Positions 46,400-55,015 of a stretch of DNA of 55,111 nucleotides are shown here, one piece after another; positions within the stretch are counted from its first letter, which is position 1, and every line of letters begins with the position of its first letter. The notes beneath the pieces were generated by a model. The model made no database searches. It was not told the DNA's origin and worked only from the letters and a program-made list of their open reading frames with translations. The stretch covers positions 1 to 55,111 of IMG/VR virus record IMGVR_UViG_3300043777_000051. One strand, 5' to 3'. Both the position numbers and the translations under genes were made by a program. Source of the stretch: a virus. Taxonomy: Duplodnaviria; Caudoviricetes.

Positions 46400-46663
46400 C
46401 TAAGGCAGAAGACGGTAAAGCCTTTCTAAGTACCGCGGCTGTTGGATTTTGACCTGCCCGTTCGTATCTCGCAGCACCGGAACTTCCCGAAAACCGTTCT
46501 CAGCCGCCTCGACAATCCTCCGGGCCTGAATCGTTCTCCCCTTCCATCTTGCTGATAATGCGCCGCTTGTCGTTACGTGTTTGGTCGATAACCAGCGTAG
46601 AGAATTCACGTAAGCGCGACGAAGTTTGAAAGCGCGTTGGCGTTCCCGATTGGAAATAGCCAT
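46400..46663 (-). CDS. basic hypothetical protein
   Basis: MAISNRERQRAFKLRR N-terminal motif. Confidence 0.55.
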   Translation of the reverse strand: MAISNRERQRAFKLRRAYVNSLRWLSTKHVTTSGALSARWKGRTIQARRIVEAAENGFREVPVLRDTNGQVKIQQPRYLERLYRLLP

Positions 46664-46796
46664 GAGGAAAGGTAACAGTGTGGTAAAAAGGAGACAGTTT
46701 ATTGCGGATTAACCACAGAATGATTATAGCGCGGAAGTCAAGCGAGTCTCTTCTGGGCGATAGGGGAGCACTCGCAAAGTCCTGATTCCAGATGAT

Positions 46797-47049
46797 TTAG
46801 AGAGTGATTGAGTATATGTGTGGGGTGGTTGCAGCGGGGGTTAGCGTCGCCAAAACTCCTAGGATAATTCCCTTGATTGTCTCTCCTGCAAGAAGTCGAT
46901 CTATAGAAAAGTAGACGAGGGTTCCGGCGGTCCATTCACAGAGAATAAAAATTACTCTTTCGCTGTCGGTTTCAGCCATACTTAATCCTTTGAGAAGAGA
47001 CGAGATCATCGTACCCTCTCAAAGTGGGCGAGGCAACTATATTCTTGCC
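46797..47049 (-). mobile_element. orphan IS1595-type end with truncated membrane-protein cargo
   Basis: GGCAAGAATATAGTTGCC (minus, from 47049) resembles the end at 44114; ORF 46797..47009 reads inward. Confidence 0.45.
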
Positions 47050-47207
47050 CAAATAAATCATCAGGATCGAAGTCACTGAGCTTCGGTATGTGGTTCGGGT
47101 ATTGTGCTGGTTCGAGAATCATTGGCCACGCCCTCGGAAGGCAATCAAATAAGCGACTATGCCAATCGCGGCAGATACAAATACGGCTACGACAAAATCC
47201 TCTATAC

Positions 47208-47372
47208 TCATTGGCTTGCCTCTTGCGTAGATGAGAGAGACCGCCGCTTAAACGTTGCTAGTTTTCTGCATTTGCGGTTTGGGCAGCGTTTAGGCTTCTC
47301 GCTCGATGCGGCAAGCCAAGTCCAGGAGCATTCTAGGCATTGCCAACACATTGCTTTTACTGCCTTTATCAT
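47208..47372 (-). CDS. small Zn-ribbon protein
   Basis: CLECSWTW...PKRCPNRKCR. Confidence 0.55.
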   Translation of the reverse strand: MIKAVKAMCWQCLECSWTWLAASSEKPKRCPNRKCRKLATFKRRSLSSTQEASQ

Positions 47373-47726
47373 GCGTGAATTGTACCATCCAAAGTTATTC
47401 ACAGTGGCGCAATGTGCCATAACTCGCTGATTGCAAACCAAATCGAGTTCTTGACAAGTTGGCGCATTGTACCATATACTCCTTCTTGTTGGATTGGTTC
47501 ACTCTACTCTGGGAGGCGCGGAAAATGAAAGATACATTCTGGATGACGGCGCAAGAAACGGAAGATGAACTCAAGAGCCGACAATTAGCGGACATTATGA
47601 TTAATTGCCGCAATGAAGGATCGTTCTTTGGTCATGCCGTGCCTTACTCTTACAGGCCGGAGCTTCGCAAAGGCACTAACCTAGTTGACGCACATGTAGA
47701 AAAACCTGCACAATCGCCGTCGTGCG

Positions 47727-47981
47727 GTGGCAATCCCGAAAGTACTTCAGCATCTTCGTTCGGCTTACATATTTGCAGTCGCATTCGCGGTTGGTTGGCC
47801 CGGCAATTCAATCGAACCCGTCACACAATTGCGTCATATCGTGGACGCAAATATCGTTGTGAGCGGGATTCTAGCGTTTGCTCTGGCAGTGTGGACAACA
47901 TTCTGGGCGGCATTTTGGGTGTGGGTATTCCGAGAGCGGAACCCCCCAAAGAAAAAGCCTCGCGCTGGCCAGCGGCGATAG
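47727..47981 (+). CDS. small membrane protein (start uncertain)
   Basis: two hydrophobic segments and a basic tail. Confidence 0.35.
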   Translation: MAIPKVLQHLRSAYIFAVAFAVGWPGNSIEPVTQLRHIVDANIVVSGILAFALAVWTTFWAAFWVWVFRERNPPKKKPRAGQRR

Positions 47982-47983
47982 GG

Positions 47984-48859
47984 CTATTTCTCTGCCTTGC
48001 AGTCGTCGTCGGTGCAATTGTGATGATCGGGACAAAGGGTCGTGCGACTAATCCAAGTTTTACTGGTGAAGTTTCTAAGGACTGGGTGGACTTCATAACA
48101 GAATTTAGTGATGTGGAGGTCAGTCCCCTCAAATACATCATTGTAGGTGGCCCAGCCGTAGAGGTAGGTGTGTTCGCCAGGTTTCGCCATGTCCTGAACG
48201 CTAATAGGGTCAGTCCAATAAAAAATGTGGTCTTGGGGAGCAACCATGCTCTTTTCGCCGCTTTCCAAGTCGTGAAAATCAAAATTGTCGGGAATTGTGC
48301 CGGGCAACGATTTAATGAAAATATGATCTTGCAATCGGCGAGTCGTTGTTGCGCCGCTATTTCGGATCGCTACTTGGAATCTCCAAGCTGTGATGTCTGG
48401 AGAGTCTTCCGTGTCGGTAATCCACAGATTTGTGATGTCTGGAGAAAAACTAACGAAGGCTCTTTGAACCTTCTCCAAACTGTCGCGACTAATTCTATTT
48501 TGTTTGATCATTTGGCAAAGCTGAGCCGCATATATCAGAGCGACACTAGCGCCTACAGCAATAGCCGCGATCTCAAGAAGGAACTTCCTATCCTTCTTCC
48601 ATGGTTTTTCGCGCTCTTGGGTTTCTGCTTTTACAGCTATAGTCTCTGGCAGGTTAAGCCGAGCGCGAATCACGGGGCCTTGTGGTTCTTTTGCTTCTTT
48701 CTCGGGCTTGCTATTTTTATGTACGGTGTCTATGGAATACTCCGGTCGTTCGGAGGATTCTAGTTTGGGTTTTTCAGTAAAGAGTCTATTCTTGATTTGA
48801 GCGATGTCTTCGCGCAGCTTTTGGAATAGATCAGTCACATACTCGTAAGGTTTGCTCAT
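47984..48859 (-). CDS. single-TM cargo protein downstream of the third transposase
   Basis: EIAAIAVGASVALIYAAQL TM, then QRAFVSF...IRNSG beta domain. Confidence 0.6.
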   Translation of the reverse strand: MSKPYEYVTDLFQKLREDIAQIKNRLFTEKPKLESSERPEYSIDTVHKNSKPEKEAKEPQGPVIRARLNLPETIAVKAETQEREKPWKKDRKFLLEIAAIAVGASVALIYAAQLCQMIKQNRISRDSLEKVQRAFVSFSPDITNLWITDTEDSPDITAWRFQVAIRNSGATTTRRLQDHIFIKSLPGTIPDNFDFHDLESGEKSMVAPQDHIFYWTDPISVQDMAKPGEHTYLYGWATYNDVFEGTDLHITKFCYEVHPVLRNFTSKTWISRTTLCPDHHNCTDDDCKAEK

Positions 48860-48860
48860 A

Positions 48861-49013
48861 ATGAAAACGCCCGAATACAGGGAAGGCCCGGAAGCACTAG
48901 AGAGTTTTAAGAGGCTTGCGACCGCGATTTTACAGGCTCCCGCGAAAAAGAAAAAGAGGCAAACTAAGAAGTCTGCCTCTGTAGCGAAGCCGAAGAAATC
49001 CGACAGGGACTAG
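48861..49013 (+). CDS. 50-aa basic protein convergent on the transposase stop
   Basis: MKTPEYREGPEALESFKRLATAILQAPAKKKKRQTKK... Confidence 0.5.
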   Translation: MKTPEYREGPEALESFKRLATAILQAPAKKKKRQTKKSASVAKPKKSDRD

Positions 49014-49402
49014 AACGGGATTGGCGTTTCTCCCGCTTCCCGCGCCCCTGTCGCCTCGTGGTGTGGCGATGCGCTCTTGCCCGTGAGATCGCTGTAGGTA
49101 AGGCGACGATTGTAGACTTCGGACATCACGGCCTTAAAGCGGTCGGCATCGTTTAGCTTGCGGTTGCCATCCTTGCGATGGTTGTAACGGAAAACTTGTT
49201 CGTCCACGTAGCGTGCGAGATGAAAAGGCTCAACAGCAACGTAGGTGCCACGCAGAGACCGCTTGAGCAACGACCAGAAATTCTCCATCCCGTTAACATG
49301 CACGCGACCCCGGACGTAAGTCTCAGTCTTGTTTACAACGTCGTGAATGAATCGGCGCTGCATTCCGTTGTCATAGCCAACCGCGTTATCCGTGTACACG
49401 TT
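49010..49402 (-). pseudogene. tnp: 5'-truncated IS1595-family transposase
   Basis: VYTDN...HVNGMENFWSLLKR...YVDEQVFRYN; N-terminal Zn ribbon and first Asp missing. Confidence 0.85.
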
Positions 49403-49611
49403 TGCATGTTGAACCTACCAGAGATCGACGTTATGCAGCGATTGCTGGAATGTGCGCGGGAAGATCATCAGTCACATCATGGCAGCGTATTTGTCTATGA
49501 CACTGACAAGGCTTGCTGCAAGCGCGGACAGGCCATCATCGATGCCGAAGCGATACTGAACACTTCCCGAGATAACTACCTGCTTCCCGACAATCTTGTG
49601 GGCGGACCAGC

Positions 49612-49815
49612 GTGAGAAAGCCCCACAAGTGCCGCATCTGTAAGCAATGGCGCATCGTGGACTACGATCTTGTCTGCTGGAATTGCCGGGTGCTGGCCTT
49701 TGAGACTGCCGAAAATTGGCTCACGGAGCACCCAATGTTCTTGCGGAATACCAAGCCGTCAAAGGCAGAAAGGCACGTCGAATGTCCTACAAAACCGAAG
49801 CGCGGGAATTCTTAG
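49612..49815 (+). CDS. small Zn-finger-like protein
   Basis: CRIC...CWNC; GTGA overlap. Confidence 0.45.
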   Translation: MRKPHKCRICKQWRIVDYDLVCWNCRVLAFETAENWLTEHPMFLRNTKPSKAERHVECPTKPKRGNS

Positions 49816-49914
49816 AAAAGTCCGGGATTGATCCCGACATCTTCGATTGGGATATTGCCGAGATTATGGCGGACTTCGCACACGTTAAAGTGGGAGAGGC
49901 CGGTCCACAATCAG

Positions 49915-50150
49915 TTCTGGCCGCTTCGTGAGTATCTGATATGTGTGCTGAGGCGTGCGCCGGATAATGTCCCAGACTTCATCGCGCCAAGCATCTGCCG
50001 CCTCAATGAAGAAGTCTGACCATGAACAGGTAAAGATCATGCGCGGCTCTTTCCATTTGAGCGGATCACGGAAGGTTGTCTTTGACCGCTGCACGATGAA
50101 CGGGTTGCGCCCGTAACGCTCCATGTCACGGTACATGTAGCAGAACTGCG
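49915..50150 (-). pseudogene. internal fragment of a Gp37/Gp68 (DUF5131) protein
   Basis: FCYMYR...PLKWKEPRMIFTCSWSDFF...TPQHTYQILTKRPE; both ends missing. Confidence 0.75.
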
Positions 50151-50708
50151 CTCCACTTCGCGGTTGATTTCTTCGCGCTCTTTATCGCGACGCGCCTCAA
50201 TCTGTGCGGGTGTTAGTTGCAGCGCCGGTGGCATCTCTACACGTCTCAAGCGGTTAATTGCGGCCTGCTGACGGCGCTGGTGCTCGTTCGGTTCGGCGGG
50301 AAATGCGGCGATAGATAGCAATTCCTTTTTGATGTCCGTGAAGTCCACAAGTTCTCCATGTTCGCGTGCTTCCGCGATCCTGCGACGTTCTGCCTCAACC
50401 TCTTCTACTTCACGCTTCTGCCGCTCTTTGACGCGGTACTCACAGGCTAATCCGCGAAGTTCTGAGATGGTGGGGAAATAAGCGGATCGCTCCCGATGCT
50501 CACGGAATGCCCATTGCAAAACTTCTGGGGCCGTCGCGGAAAAGACTCGGCTAAATTCCGCTACCAGTTCGCTTTCGGGTTCCGATTTCGAGTTCAGGGC
50601 GCACAGGTGCATCTCGACGGCCAATGTCTTTTGCGAGTCCGTCAAGGATATTTGATTTGCTACGCTCAGACCTCGCGGCTGATGCAGAAGGCCGTGTTCC
50701 TTTTCCAT
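50037..50708 (-). CDS. putative helicase loader/inhibitor downstream of the initiator; C-terminus probably chimeric
   Basis: WAFREHRERSAYFPTISEL motif; overlaps initiator 3' end. Confidence 0.5.
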   Translation of the reverse strand: MEKEHGLLHQPRGLSVANQISLTDSQKTLAVEMHLCALNSKSEPESELVAEFSRVFSATAPEVLQWAFREHRERSAYFPTISELRGLACEYRVKERQKREVEEVEAERRRIAEAREHGELVDFTDIKKELLSIAAFPAEPNEHQRRQQAAINRLRRVEMPPALQLTPAQIEARRDKEREEINREVERSSATCTVTWSVTGATRSSCSGQRQPSVIRSNGKSRA

Positions 50709-51381
50709 TGCCATTCCTCCATTTCGTATCATCGAAATAAAACTTGTCTATTGAAATTCCCTCTTGCCTATCAGCGATTGCGCGCTTCACGATGTATTGC
50801 GCCGTCTCTGGCAGTGAGTTTCCAGAAAACCCTGCCTCTGCCTTCAACCCAGCCTCTACCGACAAAACTATCCTCTCCGAAAGCCCCAGAACCTCCATGA
50901 TTTTCTTGGCGTGGTTTAAGGGCGGTTGATCAGTGGTGGACTCCGGAAAATCTTCCCCTTCAAATTCCCCTTCAATTCTATTCCCCTTCAATTCAGGGCG
51001 GAGTGTTTCCGGAGGCCTCCCTGAGTTCTCCGGAATATTTCCGGAGGCCGCACGAAGAGCTTTTATTTTACTTCCTACTTTATGGCTAACTCGTTGATGT
51101 AAATCGAAATGCGTGATCTTCCCATAGGCCCGGTCATCGCTTCCGGTGAAGAGTTCGAGGTATCCAATTCCGGAGAGATTCCGGAGCATCTCCGGAATGC
51201 TCTGGAGAAGTTCCCGAAGAGGGAAGATTGCCGCCTGCACAAGTTTGGGGTTCGCCGGAAAGTATCCTTCGTCATCGGCGTAACAGATTAGGCCAGCGGC
51301 CAGTAGATGGGTTTCAGCGGGGAGGGCTGAGAGTTTATCGTTTTGCGTGAAGTCAGGTTTGATTGATCGGATTCTTGCCAC
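50551..51381 (-). CDS. phage replication initiator (replisome-organizer type)
   Basis: MARIRSIKPDF...GLICYADDEG...ITHFDLHQRV. Confidence 0.75.
   Translation of the reverse strand: MARIRSIKPDFTQNDKLSALPAETHLLAAGLICYADDEGYFPANPKLVQAAIFPLRELLQSIPEMLRNLSGIGYLELFTGSDDRAYGKITHFDLHQRVSHKVGSKIKALRAASGNIPENSGRPPETLRPELKGNRIEGEFEGEDFPESTTDQPPLNHAKKIMEVLGLSERIVLSVEAGLKAEAGFSGNSLPETAQYIVKRAIADRQEGISIDKFYFDDTKWRNGNGKGTRPSASAARSERSKSNILDGLAKDIGRRDAPVRPELEIGTRKRTGSGI
50942..51217. repeat. TCCGGA iteron-like array, putative origin
   Basis: TCCGGA at 50942, 51008, 51029, 51040, 51169, 51180 and 51191; variants at 51201 and 51212. Confidence 0.55.
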
Positions 51382-51561
51382 TGCTAGGCCCCCAAGCCCT
51401 TGCCCGGACTACAAGTAGCCGCCTCCGGCTTGGGGCGAAGAAGCGGCTACTGATTCCAGGTCTGTGGTGATCTTGAAAATCCTTTCACACTCCGCCCCAA
51501 ATTGCAACATCTTTTTTCACTCCCCTTGTGCGAGTGCGCCGAGCCTCGAAAATCCCCAAAC

Positions 51562-51720
51562 TTATTTGAACGGGAAAACCTGCTGGCCGGTGCTCTCAAG
51601 GAGGCACATGCGGCACATCGTTTGGTCGTGCAGAATTCCCCAACCTTCAAAATCCCAATCTTCTTGTGATTCGGGAGTCTCCTTGCCGCACCGCTCACAG
51701 CATTCCTCAAAATCAGCCAT
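51562..51720 (-). CDS. small Zn-finger-like protein
   Basis: CERC...CRMC. Confidence 0.5.
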   Translation of the reverse strand: MADFEECCERCGKETPESQEDWDFEGWGILHDQTMCRMCLLESTGQQVFPFK

Positions 51721-51722
51721 TT

Positions 51723-51925
51723 TCAGCCCAACCTGTACCAAAACACACTCGCCGACTCTTTCTCCGTGTGAATCCGGAACCCCATCTTGCGTAGCTCGAA
51801 TAACCTTCCGCCATACCGCAAGCAAATCTTCGTCAACTCCAGATTGCTTACGCCCCTTGGCCCCGCCTTCTTCAAGGCGCTCAAGACTTTTGTTCTCTGC
51901 GCTGCCCTTGTTTCCTGCTGATCAT
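51723..51925 (-). pseudogene. winged-HTH protein with out-of-frame ATG (or TTG start at 51884)
   Basis: KVLSALKKAGPRGVSNLELTKICLRYGGRLFELRKMGFRIHT; ATG at 51925 is one base out of frame. Confidence 0.5.
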
Positions 51926-51949
51926 CCTTAAACGGGATCGCAGGCTGTT

Positions 51950-52648
51950 CTAGTTCGGCGAGAATCGCGGCGTGGAGACACTCCGGGGCTGCACAGGCTC
52001 GCTTTTGGTCAATTCCACGAGTTCGTAGGCCAGTTCCGCGTTGAACTTCTTTACCTCAAGCTCAACCTCTGCCACCCGCTCCCGATCTCGGAGGTGCCGC
52101 CGCACGAAAAGCCTCAGTTTGGGGGAGAGCATTTCCTTGCAGTAAGAGCCGTAATCCACATACTCCCGTTCCGGGGCACAGGCAAGCTGCGCGTTCATCT
52201 GCCAGAAGTATTCATCGGGGATAGGGGCGCCGCAAAGAAACTCGTAGTGCCTTTCGGCCTTCAAGTTCTTCAATTCCAGCAGCCCTGTTTCTCCGACCCT
52301 GGCGTCTGGGGAAGCGCCAAAATACTCAATGTGGTCATGCATATAAAAGCCCCCCGGCTCTACAATTTCGTCTGTCTGCATCTCGTAGGCGGCACGGGCC
52401 AACCCTTCATCCTCTTGGCCTCGGATCATCCAATCATTGACGTAATGGTCGGATGCCCTGCCGGTGAGCCGTTCGCAGATAAGCTCGATCATGTACGCTC
52501 GCCGGGTAGCCTTGTAACCACCCTTTTCTCCGCTGGCGGAATTGCGTTTAAGCCGATCTACAATGTCAAAGACGCGGGATGCCGTGGTGCATCCAATCCG
52601 CATCTTCAACCAATCCACAGACTGCTGATCCACGTCAACGAACGGCAT
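51950..52648 (-). CDS. YqaJ-like viral recombinase exonuclease
   Basis: QQSVDWLKMRIG..TAS, RGQEDE, GASPD, LLELK, YFWQMNAQL. Confidence 0.88.
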   Translation of the reverse strand: MPFVDVDQQSVDWLKMRIGCTTASRVFDIVDRLKRNSASGEKGGYKATRRAYMIELICERLTGRASDHYVNDWMIRGQEDEGLARAAYEMQTDEIVEPGGFYMHDHIEYFGASPDARVGETGLLELKNLKAERHYEFLCGAPIPDEYFWQMNAQLACAPEREYVDYGSYCKEMLSPKLRLFVRRHLRDRERVAEVELEVKKFNAELAYELVELTKSEPVQPRSVSTPRFSPN

Positions 52649-53417
52649 TGGATAACTCCGCTTTCCGCCGATCTTTCGCGGCAATGTAAGCCTTCATGGT
52701 CTGCTGGTCATTGGCCTCGCCAGCTTCCCGGTAGGCGGCTTTGTAAACACGCATCAACTCTTCCAATGTGGCGCAGTTGGCAATGGCATCGAGAGCCTCA
52801 ACTACGCGGTCCTCAGCAACGGTGCCAGCATTTCCGTCTGTATCTTCCTCGCCCACAGCGATGTTGAAGATGTACTTGAGCAAGTATCGTGCGCCATAAC
52901 TCATAGCCGCGCCCGTAGCGTGGGTTTTGGTCATTACCTCGCCGCCCTTGGCCCCCTTGCCATCCGAAGGCATCGGCGGCCCTGTGTATTTCCGCGTGTG
53001 CCCAGCCCGGTGCGAAACGTAGCAAATTACCCGCACAGTCTCAGGGAGAGGGCTGTCGCCGCTGTCGAACGAGAGACTAAAACCGTGCCGCGTATAGATC
53101 GGCCTAATCTTGCGATCCAGAGCGGCATAGGAAGCGTACTTGCTATGGGTTGAGGGGTTGGTAAGGTCGGGCGCGATCCGGCCAAGTTCGGTTTGGGCCG
53201 CGTTCATGGCCTCATTGAACTGCATCTCCGCATCCCGGTCCATCGCCCGTTCTTGCAGGGCACTCAATCGCTCGATCACGTCGATTGCCGCCCCATGGCT
53301 CAGGGCCAAAGACAGCAAGCCCATCGGCGTTGTCGCCAAAGCCGTCCCCGGCATGTCCGGTATCGGCTTATCCTCCGGCAATAGTTCCTGCTGCACTCCA
53401 GTGGAAACTTCGGTCAT
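52635..53417 (-). CDS. erf: ERF-family ssDNA annealing protein
   Basis: SKYAS, HGFSLSF, SHRAGH, GAAMSYGARY...FNI...EDTDG. Confidence 0.85.
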   Translation of the reverse strand: MTEVSTGVQQELLPEDKPIPDMPGTALATTPMGLLSLALSHGAAIDVIERLSALQERAMDRDAEMQFNEAMNAAQTELGRIAPDLTNPSTHSKYASYAALDRKIRPIYTRHGFSLSFDSGDSPLPETVRVICYVSHRAGHTRKYTGPPMPSDGKGAKGGEVMTKTHATGAAMSYGARYLLKYIFNIAVGEEDTDGNAGTVAEDRVVEALDAIANCATLEELMRVYKAAYREAGEANDQQTMKAYIAAKDRRKAELSNAVR

Positions 53418-53838
53418 AAAATTCCTCCAGACACACGCCTTCCCTTAAGATTCAGAGGGTTTCTGGCCCTCGCCTCACGTCCGCTAGTCAGGTACGCCTT
53501 ATTCTCTGTGACCGGGACGTAGGCGTTTAACGAAGATCGATTACTTCCCGTTGCCCGGATTTCAGCAGCCTTAACTAGCAAGCGGCCCGTTAATTTGGCT
53601 CCGGCATTTACGCAGTGCCGCGAAGCTACCGGCGAAGCATAGTGCTCCCCGGAAAATTCAACGCGCTCGAATTGTGAGAGGCTGTCATTCGCGGGGTTTG
53701 TCACTCGATGTCTGGGGACCGGAAACCCCGCGAAGAGTAAACCGGCACGCCCAGACACGCGAGACACTCCCATGCTACGCCTTTGCACGGGGGTGAAGTC
53801 AAGATTTTTCTGCGAGGCCATTGTGGATGACTCCTCTC

Positions 53839-54231
53839 TCACTCCGCCCCTTTGGTTTTGATGAAATGGTCAATGCGACGAACTGCAATCCTTGCGCGCA
53901 TACGTGGTGTCGTTGCGTTTCCGTATTGATCACTGAATGGCTGTGGCCATTGGGTATCAATAAATAAGCGAATAGCTTGACCTTCGCTAAGGTCAAGGAT
54001 TCGCCTACCCCTCGCCCAGTATGCTTTAATCCTTTTCTGCTTCGTAAGCAGGCAAGCCCAGCCACTGATGCACGCGGCAGTCTTGCAAGTAGGGAAGCGG
54101 ACAGCGTGCCCAGAATCGCCTTCATAGGTTGGCCCGTAAGTTTCGGCATGGGCTACAAATATACGCATGATCAGACGGCGCGGTTCGGTCAAGATGTGCT
54201 TCTGAATCTTCCGCAACAATCGCACATTCAT
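53839..54231 (-). CDS. hypothetical protein
   Basis: AGGAG RBS; CKTAACISGWA motif. Confidence 0.65.
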   Translation of the reverse strand: MNVRLLRKIQKHILTEPRRLIMRIFVAHAETYGPTYEGDSGHAVRFPTCKTAACISGWACLLTKQKRIKAYWARGRRILDLSEGQAIRLFIDTQWPQPFSDQYGNATTPRMRARIAVRRIDHFIKTKGAE

Positions 54232-54243
54232 CTTCTTTCTCCT

Positions 54244-54507
54244 TTACTTCCTCATCAACTCGGCTCTGCTTTCAGCCCTGTTCCTATTCTCCGCCGCTCT
54301 GGCAACGAACTCCACGGCCCCGCGACACTGCCGTTCCTTTTGGCTAGGTAACACTTCCCCATCATCATCGAAGGTCGTAGTCTTGTGGCACGGAAAGTAA
54401 CCACCCTGCCAGATTGATTGGCAGATTTCAGTAAAGCGTCCCGGCCTCAAGCTGTTACGCATGTGCCGTTGCGCCTTAGAACTCCCGAACGGGCAATCCG
54501 CGCACAT
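54244..54507 (-). CDS. Cys/His-motif hypothetical protein
   Basis: CADCPF...FPCHKT...CRGA. Confidence 0.6.
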   Translation of the reverse strand: MCADCPFGSSKAQRHMRNSLRPGRFTEICQSIWQGGYFPCHKTTTFDDDGEVLPSQKERQCRGAVEFVARAAENRNRAESRAELMRK

Positions 54508-54516
54508 CTATCAACA

Positions 54517-54702
54517 TCAGAACCAAAACAGCCGCACCAGCACAATAACGAGCATCAGGGCCATTGCACCCACACAGCCCCAGCCGATTCCGGCCCACAG
54601 TTTTCCCGACACCACGGGCTGAATTGGAGTACGGCGCATCTTTTCCCAAAGGTCGTCAATTTCAACATCTGTAAGCAATTCAGGACGAGGCGCTTTAGGC
54701 AT
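54517..54702 (-). CDS. small C-terminal TM protein
   Basis: MPKAPRPELL...AMALMLVIVLVRLFWF. Confidence 0.55.
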   Translation of the reverse strand: MPKAPRPELLTDVEIDDLWEKMRRTPIQPVVSGKLWAGIGWGCVGAMALMLVIVLVRLFWF

Positions 54703-55015
54703 CGAAGTAGTCCTCATGCTTCGGGCACAGCGCAATACCATTTACGGGCTTGGCTGGTTTTCCACAGGGATAACCGCCATTACAAACACCGGGGCGAGTC
54801 TCAGGAGATTCGTAGGCGCAACCTAACGGAACTATGGATTCCTCGCGGATGATTTCCTCCATCAATTCGCCCAGCAGATACCACGCCTGAGCTTTGCCGG
54901 GTGTCATTTCGCCGTCGCAAAGATGGGAACGGGCGCTGCCCAGAAGCAAATAAGGGTCGGGTTGCCGCTCTGCGTCGATTACTGCCTGCTCCAGTGGAGT
55001 TGGTTCGGTATACAT
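54695..55015 (-). CDS. hypothetical protein with C-terminal Zn-finger-like motif
   Basis: AGGAGG RBS; C...C...LCPKH. Confidence 0.6.
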   Translation of the reverse strand: MYTEPTPLEQAVIDAERQPDPYLLLGSARSHLCDGEMTPGKAQAWYLLGELMEEIIREESIVPLGCAYESPETRPGVCNGGYPCGKPAKPVNGIALCPKHEDYFDA

